From: Ignavibacteria bacterium
GTDB taxonomy: Bacteria > Bacteroidota > Ignavibacteria > Kapaibacteriales > UBA961
NCBI GenBank assembly: GCA_947491315.1
Contig: CANLII010000010.1
Span: 2,210 to 66,209, forward strand
Length of the DNA: 64,000 nucleotides
Direction of reading: 5' to 3'
A program made the position numbers and the translations under genes. Position 1 is the first letter of the stretch. Each line of letters starts with the position of its first letter. Below are positions 20,336-31,460 of this stretch, piece after piece. A model generated the notes under the pieces. The model was not told where the DNA came from. It saw only the letters and a list, made by a program, of their open reading frames with translations, and searched no databases.

Positions 20336-21577
20336 TCAGGGTTTTGGACGAGTGGAATAGATGATTCGAAGTGATGGTCTTTTCTTTGGATCAGAATCTT
20401 TCGGTCCGAAAAATACCATTCTATCAAGGCGTGTTCTATCTCTCAAGATATATGGGAGAATCTTCAATGTGCCGGTTTTTGTATTTCTCAGCAATGATTC
20501 CACCATTCCATTCACAATGGGAAATTCATACACTATTGATCCATTTTTTGAGAAACCGGTGAATTCCCTGATGAGATTACCGGCAAGAGAATCAATAAAT
20601 TGAGAGGAAATCACGCTGTCTCTGAATTGATTGCCACGAATGGTTTCCACACTATCAAGTATGAGTGTCAATACTGCGCCATGAATTGCAATGCCTGTCG
20701 GTAAATCCTTCAGGGATATTTCCAAATTGGAGAATGTTCCTGTTCCATAATTCAAGATGACTTTATCTTGCAATGGATTTGGCTCAGTTGTGAAAGTGGC
20801 ATCATATGCCGATTCCAATATCATCGTATCCACGGTTGCGCTTCCGGCTTTTTTATAAGCAACTCGAATTCGCACTGTTGGATTATTAGGTGTTGAAATG
20901 GTATTTCTAGCAAATGCTCTGATTACAGTTGAGGCACTTTTGGGTTGTAGTGCAATACCATAAGCGGATTCTGTATTAACAGTGGAATCATTCTTTGCTT
21001 TATTTCTTAATACAAACCATGATTTGATAAGGGATTGTGAAATATTAACGGAAATCTCAGGCATTGTATCACGAAGAGCAATGGAACCGTCGAATGTTCC
21101 CATTGACATAATATCTAGAAATCCTGCCTGCAAGAATGAGTCAATCGTGGCTCTGGGAGTCCATGATTTATTGATGGTAAAGACATCAAATGCAATGCGA
21201 TTTGAAAGCGAATCACCGAGAGCATATCGTTTGGGTTGAAGTATCAATGTTGCAGAGATGATTTCTGCATCGGGAAGAGAATCCGGCACATTACCAAAGC
21301 GTGAGAGAATGGTTGAAGTAAATCCCTTGGCAGACCCCAAAAATAAATCAGCAGCATAAGATGCAGATGGTTTGATGCTTCCGGCACTGGAGCCTGTGAA
21401 CATCGAGATAGAATCTGAACTGATAACATTCACATTGATCGTATCATCAAAAATTGCTCCACCTGCAATCGGACTTTGTTCATTGCAGCCGGAGACGGAG
21501 ATGATGATAATCAATGCCCAAACAGGCAATGTGAATCGCAGAATACTCAAAAAAGAATTTTTCTTCACTTCCATCAC
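20336..21577 (-). CDS. Lipoprotein, DUF4270-like
   Basis: Lipobox VSGC; C-terminal PSLRIIYS; downstream of glgA, as is common for DUF4270 in Bacteroidota. Confidence 0.55.
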   Translation of the reverse strand: MMEVKKNSFLSILRFTLPVWALIIIISVSGCNEQSPIAGGAIFDDTINVNVISSDSISMFTGSSAGSIKPSASYAADLFLGSAKGFTSTILSRFGNVPDSLPDAEIISATLILQPKRYALGDSLSNRIAFDVFTINKSWTPRATIDSFLQAGFLDIMSMGTFDGSIALRDTMPEISVNISQSLIKSWFVLRNKAKNDSTVNTESAYGIALQPKSASTVIRAFARNTISTPNNPTVRIRVAYKKAGSATVDTMILESAYDATFTTEPNPLQDKVILNYGTGTFSNLEISLKDLPTGIAIHGAVLTLILDSVETIRGNQFRDSVISSQFIDSLAGNLIREFTGFSKNGSIVYEFPIVNGMVESLLRNTKTGTLKILPYILRDRTRLDRMVFFGPKDSDPKKRPSLRIIYSTRPKP

Positions 21578-23061
21578 AGAGTATCTTTCATGAGTGAGCG
21601 GTAGAGTTCACTATATTGTCTTGCTGCTCGGCCCCATGAACTGTCTTCATTCATGCCATTGAATACCAGTGCATTCCATGGCTCTTCTTCATCGAATAAT
21701 TTGATTGCTTTTTCAATGGCTGACATCATGGATTTTGAGGTATAATCCTTGAACACAAAACCTGTACCCTCGCCTGTCTTCTTATCAAAATCTGTTACTG
21801 TATCTGCTAGCCCGCCTGTTAAACGGACGATTGGAACTGTTCCATATACCAGTGAATACTGCTGATTAAGTCCACATGGTTCATACTTTGAAGGCATGAG
21901 GAACATATCTGCACCAGCTTCCATCAAATGTGCCAATTCATCATCGAATTGAATGCGAAGTGCAAATTTTTCCGGATACTTTTCTGCCAAAGCTTCGAGT
22001 TTTGGATAGAAAGAATGATCACCCTCTCCGAGCATTACGAATTGTATGTCTTTAGAAAAAAGTTCTTTCTCTGCATCAAGAATCAATTGAATTCCCTTTT
22101 GATCGATGATGCGTGTCACCATTGCGATGAGAGGAACTCTTCTGTCTGTATGAATAGGCAAACCGAATCGTTCGAGAACCGTTTCTTTATTTGGTGCTTT
22201 GTTCTCAATTGAAGTTTTATCGTAATTCTTAGTGAGATGTGTATCGATTTTGGGATTCCAAGTATTCAAATCCACACCATGAGTAATCCCAACCATGCGA
22301 TCCGGCTTGGTCTTCAACACATCACTAAGACCATTGCTAAGTTTTTGATCCGCAAGCACTTCCTTCGCATATGTTGGAGATACAGTAGTGATGCAATCTG
22401 AAAAGTGAATGCCGGCCTTCATGAAATTTACTTTCTTTTTATGTGAAAGTGCATCTGCATCAGCGGGAGAAAAACCAGTTTTGGTCAATGATTTCATGGG
22501 GAAATCACCTTGCAAACCAAAATTATGAATCGTGTAAATGATTTTTGTTTTCGCAAACAAATCATTGTGCTTCAGTCTAATTAAAGCAGGTAAAATTCCT
22601 GTTTGCCAATCATTGCAATGAATGATATCCGGGACCCAACCCAAAAGCATGCATGTTTGAATGACGGAATGGCCGAAAAACACAAAGCGTTCATCATTAT
22701 CAGGATAATCCAGCCCTGTCGCAGGATCAGAATAAAAACCTTTATTTGCATCAAAGTAATTGGAATTGGTCGTGATATACGCTTGAACTTTTGATCTGGG
22801 ATTATTGATCGAAGAAGATTTTACGGTTGCATAGGACTCTGTTTCACCAATCGGAATCGGAATGTCTCGCAAACGATTGATTTCATGGATGCGATTCTTT
22901 CTTTCGCTAATAGAACCATATTTGGGAGCCATGACGCGAATATCGTGTCCCAATTCCCTCAAAGCCAATGGTAATGAATACGAAACATCGGCGAGACCAC
23001 CTGTTTTTGCAAATGGATAGACTTCGCTCGTAACAAACAAAATGCTTAATGGTTTTGCCAT
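21574..23061 (-). CDS. glgA: Glycogen synthase
   Basis: KTGGLADV, HCNDWQT, MPSKYEPCGLNQ motifs; start moved to ATG 23061. Confidence 0.96.
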   Translation of the reverse strand: MAKPLSILFVTSEVYPFAKTGGLADVSYSLPLALRELGHDIRVMAPKYGSISERKNRIHEINRLRDIPIPIGETESYATVKSSSINNPRSKVQAYITTNSNYFDANKGFYSDPATGLDYPDNDERFVFFGHSVIQTCMLLGWVPDIIHCNDWQTGILPALIRLKHNDLFAKTKIIYTIHNFGLQGDFPMKSLTKTGFSPADADALSHKKKVNFMKAGIHFSDCITTVSPTYAKEVLADQKLSNGLSDVLKTKPDRMVGITHGVDLNTWNPKIDTHLTKNYDKTSIENKAPNKETVLERFGLPIHTDRRVPLIAMVTRIIDQKGIQLILDAEKELFSKDIQFVMLGEGDHSFYPKLEALAEKYPEKFALRIQFDDELAHLMEAGADMFLMPSKYEPCGLNQQYSLVYGTVPIVRLTGGLADTVTDFDKKTGEGTGFVFKDYTSKSMMSAIEKAIKLFDEEEPWNALVFNGMNEDSSWGRAARQYSELYRSLMKDTL

Positions 23062-23316
23062 GACCTGCTTTTCAAACTGTATAAACGCAAAATTTCTTGC
23101 GCGAAAATACGGATTTTTATCCAATTTCCCTTTCATCAGGTAGAATCATCCAAAACTAACAATATGATTTTCAAGGGATTGGCATTTCCCAACATATTTT
23201 TTGGAAAGCATATAGTATGTGATACAATTGCATCAAAAGAACAATATTCTTCCACGAAAACATGTATTTTCGTGCTCATGAATCATACAGACACATTTTT
23301 AGTTATCGAGTCCTCG

Positions 23317-26300
23317 ATGAAACACCTGAAGAGATTGTTTTTTACAATTGGATGTATAGTATTTTCTTCATGTATTCTCCATTCTCAAGGTGGAACGCCC
23401 TTATTTGGCGTCATCAATAGTTATGCGAGAGTCACAAAATATCATTCTTGTACAAAATCCGTGGAAATTGTCGGTTTATCCGGATTTGAGCCACGAAAAA
23501 AGGTATTGATGATTCAGATGGATGGTTCTGAGATTGATACCAGCAATACTGCTTCTTTTGGCTCGGTGATGAATTATGGAAATGCCGGGAATGCAGAAAT
23601 ACTTGAAATTGAGTCGATTGCAGGTTCATCCATCATATTCAAACATGCACCATTGATGCAATATGATCCTGAGAATGGATCTGTTCAATTGGTGACGATA
23701 CCCACTTATGACACTGCTTTGGTTTCGATTATGCGACCCCTGACATGTAGTCCTTGGAATGGCTCCACAGGCGGTGTTTTGGCATTTGAAGTAAGACTTG
23801 CACTTGATGTTGCAGGCACAATTGATGTCTCTGGTAAAGGATTCGAAGGTGGTAGAGTTCGGAATGCAGCCAGTGGTGCTTATGGTATATTGGATTATGC
23901 ATTACCCAATGACAAAGCAAGTCTTTCCGGAGAAAAAGGTCGTGGAATTGCCATTTTAAAACCAGAATATTTACTTGGCAGAGGTGCCCCTGCCAATGCC
24001 GGTGGTGGTGGAAATGCTCATAATGCCGGTGGTGGTGGTGGGGCAAATGGTGGTCGTGGAGGCATTGGCTCCAAAGACTTCCCAGATGGATTGGTTCATA
24101 ATGGAGGCGATCCCGGAAGAGAACATCCCTATCAACAGTTCATTAATGATTCTCTCCCCCGAATTTTTATGGGCGGCGGCGGCGGTTCCGGACATGTCAA
24201 TAATGATGCAGCATTTCCCGGTGGAAATGGTGGTGGAATCGTTTTTATTCGATCAAATAATTTTGTGATTCGTCCCGGTGCAAGAATATTGAGCAATGGA
24301 GCAAATGTTGGAGGACCAAAAACAGGAAGCTCCAATGATGGTTATGGTGGTGGCGGTGGTGGTGGTTCGATCTATTTTGATGTAAATCGCTTTATATCAT
24401 TCGGCAATGAGATTCAAATTGAAGCCAAAGGCGGCAAAGGCGGAATTTCTGGAGCTTCCAAACATGGTCCGGGAGGCGGAGGCGGTGCCGGTATAGTCAT
24501 GTTCAAAGGCAATATTCCTAATAGATCAATCATTGATATTTCAGGCGGGAAACCCGGTGAGAATTTGATTGAAAATACATCTCTCGGAGCAGAAGGAGGT
24601 CTTGATGGATTGATTTTGGGAAATGTCACATTAATCGAAAGCAATAAAGGCGTAATGGCAATTGCACCATCCAAAGATACTGCGGTTTGTGAAAAATCCG
24701 AGGTGAAATTATCAGTTAAGCCTCTTGGCGGAAAGCCTCCATTTTCTTATCAATGGACAGGTATGAATATCACTGATCCAAATGCACAATCAACAACAGC
24801 AAGACCATTCCAAGATGAAAGTTATAGAGTGATTGTAACAGATGCTAATGGCTGTACGAACTATGCCTTTATAAAAGTGATTGTTTACCCTTCTCCATCA
24901 TTGAATCTTCCCATTAATAGAAGAACTGCTTGCAAAGGAGATACAATCATTCTTCAAGCTAATAGCACGCAAGATCTTACCTGGTTGCCTGCAAATGGTC
25001 TGCTTGAAAACAAAGGTAATCGGGTACGCTTCATTGCAGATACAACTCGGACATATACGATTTTTGCAGAATCTCAAACAGGTTGTTCCGCCATAGACAC
25101 CATTCGCATAGATGTGGAAGAAGCTCCAATGATCACCATGATGGAAAGATCATTTGAACTCTGCCCCGAGGATGACTCCGTTAGCATTCCAAGAACATTC
25201 ATGTTTGGTGGAAATTCACCGTATATCGCCAAATGGATCACAGATTCCGATACGATTTCCATAGATTCAGCATTCACACAATTGCGGGTGATGCCGACTA
25301 AGACCACTACATATTTCATGGAATTCAGTACACCATTTGGTTGTACATACAGAGATTCGGTATCTGTTATCATCAATCCAACACCAAATATCATAATCTC
25401 TGAAGATACTGTCATCTGCAAAGGAAGTTCTGCCCAACTCTTTGCTTCAGGTGGCTCTCAATATGAGTGGTCACCCAGCATTGGTTTATCTGATACAATG
25501 ATTGCAAACCCAATTGCAAATCCAACTATTACAACAACATATTTCGTAAAAGTCACTTCGGCAAAAGGTTGCGTGGCAATGGATTCCATGACTATAATCG
25601 TTGCAGACCCTCCAAGGAAACCAGTACTTTCCAGAAGTAATGACACTGTATTTGTCAAAGGTGATGGCTCGCAATATGAATGGCTTTTGAATGGAAAATC
25701 AATTACAAATGCTCAAGATTCATTATTGGTGATTGATTCTTCTGGTTTTTACTCCGTAATTGCCAAAAATACATATTGTGAAACATATTCTGATTCATTG
25801 TTTGTGTCAATCGGTTATGCGAAAATCATTCTCGATTCAATCACTTTGAACAATAATGAATCTGCTGAAATGCGTATTCAGATATTGGATACAAGCGCGA
25901 TTCAAGAATCCGGCATTACCGGTATTGAGTTTACATTGACGTGGAATGCAACGGTCGCAGAAATATCAAATCCAGGATTCACTCAGTTAACTGGGAAAGA
26001 AATGAAATCAGCAAGACTGTCATTGCCATTCACTTCACTCCCATTGCTTGGAAAGCTAACTGTTAGAGGATTATTGGGTAATGCTCCCAATACCGGAGTG
26101 ATCATAGATGGTATCAAACCGATCGGTGGTTTGCTTCGAACGAATTATGTCAATGGCAATGTGAATATCGCCGATATATGCTATGAAGGTGGCATTCGTT
26201 TATGGCATTCAGACAAAACTGTTACGAGAGCCCGCATCATTGTGAATCCGCATCCGATCGAATCAGGTAGCGAGATAGAATTGGATATTCCTGAACAAGG

Positions 26301-26481
26301 AAATTTCACTTTCCATGCTTATTCACCGATTGGAGTGAAATATCCAATAGCCTCGGGATTCACACTCCCCGGTAAAATAAAGGCAGTATTCCCTTTTGAT
26401 GCATTCTCATCCGGCATGTATATCCTTGTTCTCGAGACTCCCACAGAGTCTCTATCATTACCAATCATTTTGAATAAGTAA
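23317..26481 (+). CDS. Secreted glycine-rich adhesin-like protein with Ig/PKD-like repeats and T9SS-type CTD
   Basis: Signal peptide from ATG 23317; GGGG-rich N-domain; DTxIC...YxW-SP repeats; PHP...SGMYILVL...IILNK tail. Confidence 0.8.
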   Translation: MKHLKRLFFTIGCIVFSSCILHSQGGTPLFGVINSYARVTKYHSCTKSVEIVGLSGFEPRKKVLMIQMDGSEIDTSNTASFGSVMNYGNAGNAEILEIESIAGSSIIFKHAPLMQYDPENGSVQLVTIPTYDTALVSIMRPLTCSPWNGSTGGVLAFEVRLALDVAGTIDVSGKGFEGGRVRNAASGAYGILDYALPNDKASLSGEKGRGIAILKPEYLLGRGAPANAGGGGNAHNAGGGGGANGGRGGIGSKDFPDGLVHNGGDPGREHPYQQFINDSLPRIFMGGGGGSGHVNNDAAFPGGNGGGIVFIRSNNFVIRPGARILSNGANVGGPKTGSSNDGYGGGGGGGSIYFDVNRFISFGNEIQIEAKGGKGGISGASKHGPGGGGGAGIVMFKGNIPNRSIIDISGGKPGENLIENTSLGAEGGLDGLILGNVTLIESNKGVMAIAPSKDTAVCEKSEVKLSVKPLGGKPPFSYQWTGMNITDPNAQSTTARPFQDESYRVIVTDANGCTNYAFIKVIVYPSPSLNLPINRRTACKGDTIILQANSTQDLTWLPANGLLENKGNRVRFIADTTRTYTIFAESQTGCSAIDTIRIDVEEAPMITMMERSFELCPEDDSVSIPRTFMFGGNSPYIAKWITDSDTISIDSAFTQLRVMPTKTTTYFMEFSTPFGCTYRDSVSVIINPTPNIIISEDTVICKGSSAQLFASGGSQYEWSPSIGLSDTMIANPIANPTITTTYFVKVTSAKGCVAMDSMTIIVADPPRKPVLSRSNDTVFVKGDGSQYEWLLNGKSITNAQDSLLVIDSSGFYSVIAKNTYCETYSDSLFVSIGYAKIILDSITLNNNESAEMRIQILDTSAIQESGITGIEFTLTWNATVAEISNPGFTQLTGKEMKSARLSLPFTSLPLLGKLTVRGLLGNAPNTGVIIDGIKPIGGLLRTNYVNGNVNIADICYEGGIRLWHSDKTVTRARIIVNPHPIESGSEIELDIPEQGNFTFHAYSPIGVKYPIASGFTLPGKIKAVFPFDAFSSGMYILVLETPTESLSLPIILNK

Positions 26482-26482
26482 T

Positions 26483-26896
26483 ATGAAGAAGATCACTAAA
26501 TCCGATGCAGAATGGCGCGAGAAACTCACTGATGAGCAATATGACATCACAAGATCAAAAGGAACGGAAAGAGCATTTACAGGACAATATTGGAATCATC
26601 ATGAAACCGGTGAATATTCCTGCATTTGCTGCGAAGCACCCCTGTTCACATCAGATGACAAATATGACTCAGGTTGCGGGTGGCCCTCATTTTTCTCAGC
26701 ACCAAATTCGGAACTCATTGAAGAATCTCCTGATATTTCTCATGGCATGGTAAGAACCGAAATCATGTGTTCACAATGCGGGGCGCATCTCGGTCATGTA
26801 TTTCCTGATGGGCCGGCACCTACAGGAATCAGATATTGCGTAAACTCAGCTTCATTATCATTCAAGGACAAGGAGAAACATGGCAAAGAAGAATGA
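26483..26896 (+). CDS. msrB: Peptide-methionine (R)-S-oxide reductase
   Basis: [32 protein letters not shown] motifs and two Zn-binding CxxC. Confidence 0.97.
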   Translation: MKKITKSDAEWREKLTDEQYDITRSKGTERAFTGQYWNHHETGEYSCICCEAPLFTSDDKYDSGCGWPSFFSAPNSELIEESPDISHGMVRTEIMCSQCGAHLGHVFPDGPAPTGIRYCVNSASLSFKDKEKHGKEE

Positions 26897-27074
26897 AACA
26901 AGTTTTGAAGATCAAATCAAGAGACTGGAAAATATCGTTTCGGTACTCGATCAAGGAAATGCATCATTGAATGACATGATGTCACTTTATGAAGAAGGCA
27001 TGACATTGATTGTCTCATGTAAAAAAACACTCGATGAAGCAGAACAAAAACTCACTGTACTGGGTGCTTTATAG
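26880..27074 (+). CDS. xseB: Exodeoxyribonuclease VII small subunit
   Basis: SFE-x4-LE-x-IV-x2-L...L-x6-YEEG...L-x2-AEQK pattern. Confidence 0.92.
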   Translation: MAKKNETSFEDQIKRLENIVSVLDQGNASLNDMMSLYEEGMTLIVSCKKTLDEAEQKLTVLGAL

Positions 27075-27100
27075 ATGCATGTTTCATTAAGCAATCACGC

Positions 27101-27973
27101 TTAACGAAACATGCCACGCATCTTGTCCTTGAATTCAACTGCTTCCCTACCTTTCAAGCCCAATTCCGTAAGAGTCTCATCTGATGGGAATTCCATGGAT
27201 CCCAATAGATGCTTCATGACTTTCAATTCGGGAGCAGTCATGCGATGTGCATTGAGCACATAATCCTCGAATGCTTCCCATGCATATGGTACGAATGGCT
27301 GTACGAGTTCTGCGATAGCTTCAGCGAATACACGAATCTCATATTGTGCATGAGCATCAATGCGTAATCGTAAAAAATGAAAGAGATTGTGTAGATCAAT
27401 CTTCCAGTACCATTCAGTATAATTTGAAACCGGCAAATTGATGCGAGCAATTTCGCGGGCAATACCTTGTTCCAAGAATTCCTGATACTGAGCATATGCC
27501 TCATCCTGTCCAGATTTAAAAGCATTTGCCGCTTGTTCAGCCATTCCTTCCGGCAAGGTTTCATCGGATCTTCCCTGCTTATTTGCTACACTCTGCGGAC
27601 GGATATCATTCGGATGTGGAGTATAAAACTCATCTTTCATTTCCGAATAACGACCCGAATATTCATTCACATTTGCAGTGCGATGTCTAATCCACTGTCT
27701 TGCCACGAATATTGGCAATTTCACATGGAATTTGAATTCCACCATTTCAAATGGAGTTGTATGCGCATGGCGAAGAAGATAGCGGATGAGTCCACGATCT
27801 TCAAGCACTTTTTTAGTACCTGAACCATAAGATACACGAGCAGCTTGCACGATTGCGGCATCATCACCCATGACATCAATCAAGCGAACAAAACCTTTGT
27901 CCAGACAGTCAATGCGTTTACCAAGTAGAGCATCCTTATCCGATGCATCAATGCCAATTCCAAGTTCAGACAT
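27101..27973 (-). CDS. thyX: FAD-dependent thymidylate synthase
   Basis: AARVSY, HTTPFE, RQWIRHR-x-A-x2-NEYSGRY, HAQYEIR motifs. Confidence 0.96.
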   Translation of the reverse strand: MSELGIGIDASDKDALLGKRIDCLDKGFVRLIDVMGDDAAIVQAARVSYGSGTKKVLEDRGLIRYLLRHAHTTPFEMVEFKFHVKLPIFVARQWIRHRTANVNEYSGRYSEMKDEFYTPHPNDIRPQSVANKQGRSDETLPEGMAEQAANAFKSGQDEAYAQYQEFLEQGIAREIARINLPVSNYTEWYWKIDLHNLFHFLRLRIDAHAQYEIRVFAEAIAELVQPFVPYAWEAFEDYVLNAHRMTAPELKVMKHLLGSMEFPSDETLTELGLKGREAVEFKDKMRGMFR

Positions 27974-28131
27974 GCAGAAACCTTCAACAATTATCTATAT
28001 GAATGCACGCAAAATACAAAATCACTTGTTTTGTTTTACTGAACTGTGGATAACACACTTTTTCATTCCAATTTCTTTTGCAGTTGAGCCCTCATTTCCT
28101 GAATTTTGGCATATCCTTGGAGTTAAGCACC

Positions 28132-28563
28132 ATGCTGAAAGATTTTAAAGAATTCATCAATAAAGGAAATGTCTTTGATCTCGCCATCGGGGTCATGATT
28201 GGTGGTGCTTTCGGAAAAATCGTCACATCTCTTGTCAATGACATCGTGATGCCACCGATTGGCGCAATAAACAAGGTGGATTTGACAAATCTCTTCATTA
28301 GTCTCAATGGCATTGAATATCCCACGCTGAAAGCAGCAAAAGATGCGGGTGCTCCAACCCTGAATCTTGGATTATTTCTCAATTCCATTTTGGATTTTTT
28401 GATTGTGTCAATCTCTATCTTTCTCATGACCAGAACATTGATGAAGTTTCAGCAGGATAAAGAAAGCAAAGTAAAGGAATGTCCGCATTGTCTATTGAAA
28501 ATTCCGGTCAATGCATTTGTCTGCGGGCATTGCACGAGGGAAATTCCCGGACAACAGACATGA
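28132..28563 (+). CDS. mscL: Large-conductance mechanosensitive channel with C-terminal zinc ribbon
   Basis: FKEFINKGNVFDLAIGVMIGGAFGKIV; CPHC...CGHC tail; start moved to ATG 28132. Confidence 0.95.
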   Translation: MLKDFKEFINKGNVFDLAIGVMIGGAFGKIVTSLVNDIVMPPIGAINKVDLTNLFISLNGIEYPTLKAAKDAGAPTLNLGLFLNSILDFLIVSISIFLMTRTLMKFQQDKESKVKECPHCLLKIPVNAFVCGHCTREIPGQQT

Positions 28564-28597
28564 TACAGGGGTATATGAACCATATTGAATATTCACC

Positions 28598-30685
28598 ATG
28601 ACATTTCTCAATCCACTTGTTTTACTGGGCCTAACAGCAGCTGCAATTCCCGTGATTCTTCATTTGTTGAATCTCAGGAAATTAAAAACTGTTGATTTTA
28701 GTACTTTGCGATTCATCAAAGAATTACAAAAAACAAGTATTCGAAATCTCAAGACACAGCAAATCATCTTGCTGATTCTACGCACATTGATCGTGATTTG
28801 TTGTGTATTGGCATTTTCACGACCAACAATAGAAAGTTCAATTCCTGTCATTGGTTCTCATGCAAAAACCAGCATTATTGTCATTCTAGACAATACGCTC
28901 AGCATGGATGTTTCCGATGCGGGTGGAAATAGATTCGCTAAAGCAAAAGCAATCGCAGGGCAAATCGCTTCGGCCATGAAAGAGGGTGATGAATTGTCTT
29001 TCATTCCTCTTTCCTCAATTGCTAGTCAAAGAAAAAGAGCATTCAGCAGAAATAAAGAATATATCAGCAAGGAAATTGCTTCTTGTCTTCCCAATCCTGC
29101 ACGAAGCACCATCAATGATGCACTCCGAGCCACCCAGGGATTATTGGATGCTTCTGTAAATGTTCACAAAGAAGTATATCTCATTTCTGATATTCAGCAA
29201 TCACAAGTATCTTCAATACTTTCGGATTCCGTGAAATTCTTTGATGATCAAACCGGTGTATTCATCATTCCTATGCAAAATGGTAAACCTGCAGGAAATA
29301 TTACCATCGATACTTTGATCATGCTTACTTCAATGTTTGAACAGGATAAAACTGCCGATATTCAAGCTCGTTTGACAAATAGCGGCGGCAATGACGTCTC
29401 AGACATCATCGTCAGCATGTTCTTCAACAATGAAAGAGTTGCCCAAAAATCAATTGATTTGAATGCCGGCTCTTCAGGAACAATCACTCTCTCCGCTCCA
29501 CCAAAGAAGTCGGGAATCATAAGAGTTGCTTTCAAGATTGAATCAGATGCTTTGGAACATGATAATATCCGACATGCCGCATTCATCATACCTCCGCCAC
29601 CGATAGTTGGAGCAGTTTCATCCGGAAAAGCAACTGAGTTCTTGAAACTTGCATCCTCCACCGCTACAGGTTCTTATACTATGTATGCTGGAGAGCAAGC
29701 CGGAACCGTGAATTATGAAGAGCATGATATCGTCATCATAACTGCCGGATTGAATCGCAATGAGGCACAACGATTGGATACATATATTCAATCGGGTGGC
29801 ACTGCGCTTATTTTTCCGAATGAAAGTCTGGATCCCAAAGAACAAATTCCGGCATTGACCATGCTTGGATTGGCACCACTTCAAGTACAAGAGTTTTCTG
29901 AAAAGTCGCCCGGACTGTGCATTTCCGTAGATAGACAGCATCCTGTTTTTCGAGGCGTATTCAAAGGGTTGGAAATGGAAACATCTCTTGGTGATTCCCC
30001 AAAAATCAAGAAGGCACTCATTTCAGGAGGTGGTCAATCACTCATCCAAATGCAAGGCGGTAGTTTTTTCACTGAGATCCGAAGAGGAGAAGGAAAGATA
30101 CTCTACTGCGCCGTTCCTCCATCGCCTGAATGGAGTACATTCCCTTACACTGGATTGATGCCAACATTGATATATCGTGCTTTGCATTATTTGTCTGCCA
30201 AGGAAATGCTCACATCTGAAATCATTTCCGGAGATGATGCAATTGCATTGATACCAACCAAGGCAATGAAAAGTCCGGCACAAATCGTAAAGATGAGTGA
30301 TCCATCAGGCATTGAATCACAAGTGCAAGGAATAACTGTCCCGGGCGGACTTTCCCTCCATATTGGTCGCTTATTCATGCCTGGTGTCTATGCAATTAAA
30401 AGCAAAGAAAATGAATCTCTGACAGCAATGACCGTGAATATTCCAAGTGATGAAGGACATCTCACATATGGCTCAGAATCTGAGCTTTTGTCGGCAATGA
30501 AAAAACGCATGAATGCACCATCGATGGTGAGTATAGTAGACCAATCAGGCAGGATAGGCGATTCCGTTGCCAAAGCAAGAATCGGTACTGAATTATGGAG
30601 ATTCTTTTTGATTCTGGCATTGATATTCGCAATTGCTGAAATGATTCTTGCCAAAAGAGTGAGTAAAAACACAGTAGATCGTTAA
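28598..30685 (+). CDS. BatA-domain / VWA membrane protein
   Basis: MTFLNP-x2-L...IPVILHL N-terminus; DNTLSM MIDAS-like motif; ELWRFF...AE C-terminal anchor. Confidence 0.85.
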   Translation: MTFLNPLVLLGLTAAAIPVILHLLNLRKLKTVDFSTLRFIKELQKTSIRNLKTQQIILLILRTLIVICCVLAFSRPTIESSIPVIGSHAKTSIIVILDNTLSMDVSDAGGNRFAKAKAIAGQIASAMKEGDELSFIPLSSIASQRKRAFSRNKEYISKEIASCLPNPARSTINDALRATQGLLDASVNVHKEVYLISDIQQSQVSSILSDSVKFFDDQTGVFIIPMQNGKPAGNITIDTLIMLTSMFEQDKTADIQARLTNSGGNDVSDIIVSMFFNNERVAQKSIDLNAGSSGTITLSAPPKKSGIIRVAFKIESDALEHDNIRHAAFIIPPPPIVGAVSSGKATEFLKLASSTATGSYTMYAGEQAGTVNYEEHDIVIITAGLNRNEAQRLDTYIQSGGTALIFPNESLDPKEQIPALTMLGLAPLQVQEFSEKSPGLCISVDRQHPVFRGVFKGLEMETSLGDSPKIKKALISGGGQSLIQMQGGSFFTEIRRGEGKILYCAVPPSPEWSTFPYTGLMPTLIYRALHYLSAKEMLTSEIISGDDAIALIPTKAMKSPAQIVKMSDPSGIESQVQGITVPGGLSLHIGRLFMPGVYAIKSKENESLTAMTVNIPSDEGHLTYGSESELLSAMKKRMNAPSMVSIVDQSGRIGDSVAKARIGTELWRFFLILALIFAIAEMILAKRVSKNTVDR

Positions 30686-30771
30686 CTGTGGAAAACTCAA
30701 TATCTCTTTCATCCAAAAAAATTGGAAATTGACCTCGCAATTGGTAATGATAGTTCATTCGGAGCAAATGC

Positions 30772-31320
30772 ATGCAGGACTTTCTTCTGGATTTAGACAA
30801 GGCACTATTTCAAGTGTTGAATGGTCAGCTTATCTCCGCCCCCACTGATTTCCTCTTTCCGATTCTCACTTCAATACATATTATTTGGCCGGTTTATTTG
30901 CTTCTAGCATTTTATCTCCTCTATACTCATAGAGTGAAAGGTCTGTATGTATTGCTTTCTTTGGCAATGGTCCTTGGAATCATGGATCAGATGTCCACGC
31001 ATGTATTGAAACCTTGGTTTGATAGACAAAGGCCTTGTAGACAAGAGACCGAGATTCGCTTGCTCATTCCTTGTGGTCCTGGTCAATCATTCCCTTCAAC
31101 ACATGCAATCAATAATGCATGTCTTGCAATCTTTCTCAGCATGCTTTTCTCTTCGCTAAGAGCTCCCGTCTTGATATTTGCATTTCTTATAAGCTATTCC
31201 AGAATATATGTCGGCGTTCATTATCCTCTTGATGTATTCGGAGGAATGATCATCGGTGCGGTTTTCGGATATATTGCCGCCAAGACTTTTAACTATGTTC
31301 TGAGCTTCAATAAATCGTAG
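30772..31320 (+). CDS. PAP2-family phosphatase
   Basis: K-x6-RP, PSTH, SRIYVGVHYPLD motifs. Confidence 0.92.
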   Translation: MQDFLLDLDKALFQVLNGQLISAPTDFLFPILTSIHIIWPVYLLLAFYLLYTHRVKGLYVLLSLAMVLGIMDQMSTHVLKPWFDRQRPCRQETEIRLLIPCGPGQSFPSTHAINNACLAIFLSMLFSSLRAPVLIFAFLISYSRIYVGVHYPLDVFGGMIIGAVFGYIAAKTFNYVLSFNKS

Positions 31321-31460
31321 AAGCATATTAACACTTGATAATATGAGAACATCAAATAAAACACTCAATTTTGAACACTATCCGCGTTTCTTCATCACAT
31401 CTATATATCAATTTATCGTGCAAGTACAATCTTGCATGAATTCACAATTCAAGGAGTATT

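Noticed and set aside
26483-26896. Selenocysteine or stop-codon recoding
   Set aside because: MsrB uses Cys. The recognisable housekeeping genes are full length with standard stops, so there is no sign of recoding or frameshifting.
28106-28122. Sigma-54 box upstream of mscL (TTGGCATATCCTTGG)
   Set aside because: The -24/-12 spacing is off by one and the box is too close to the start codon.
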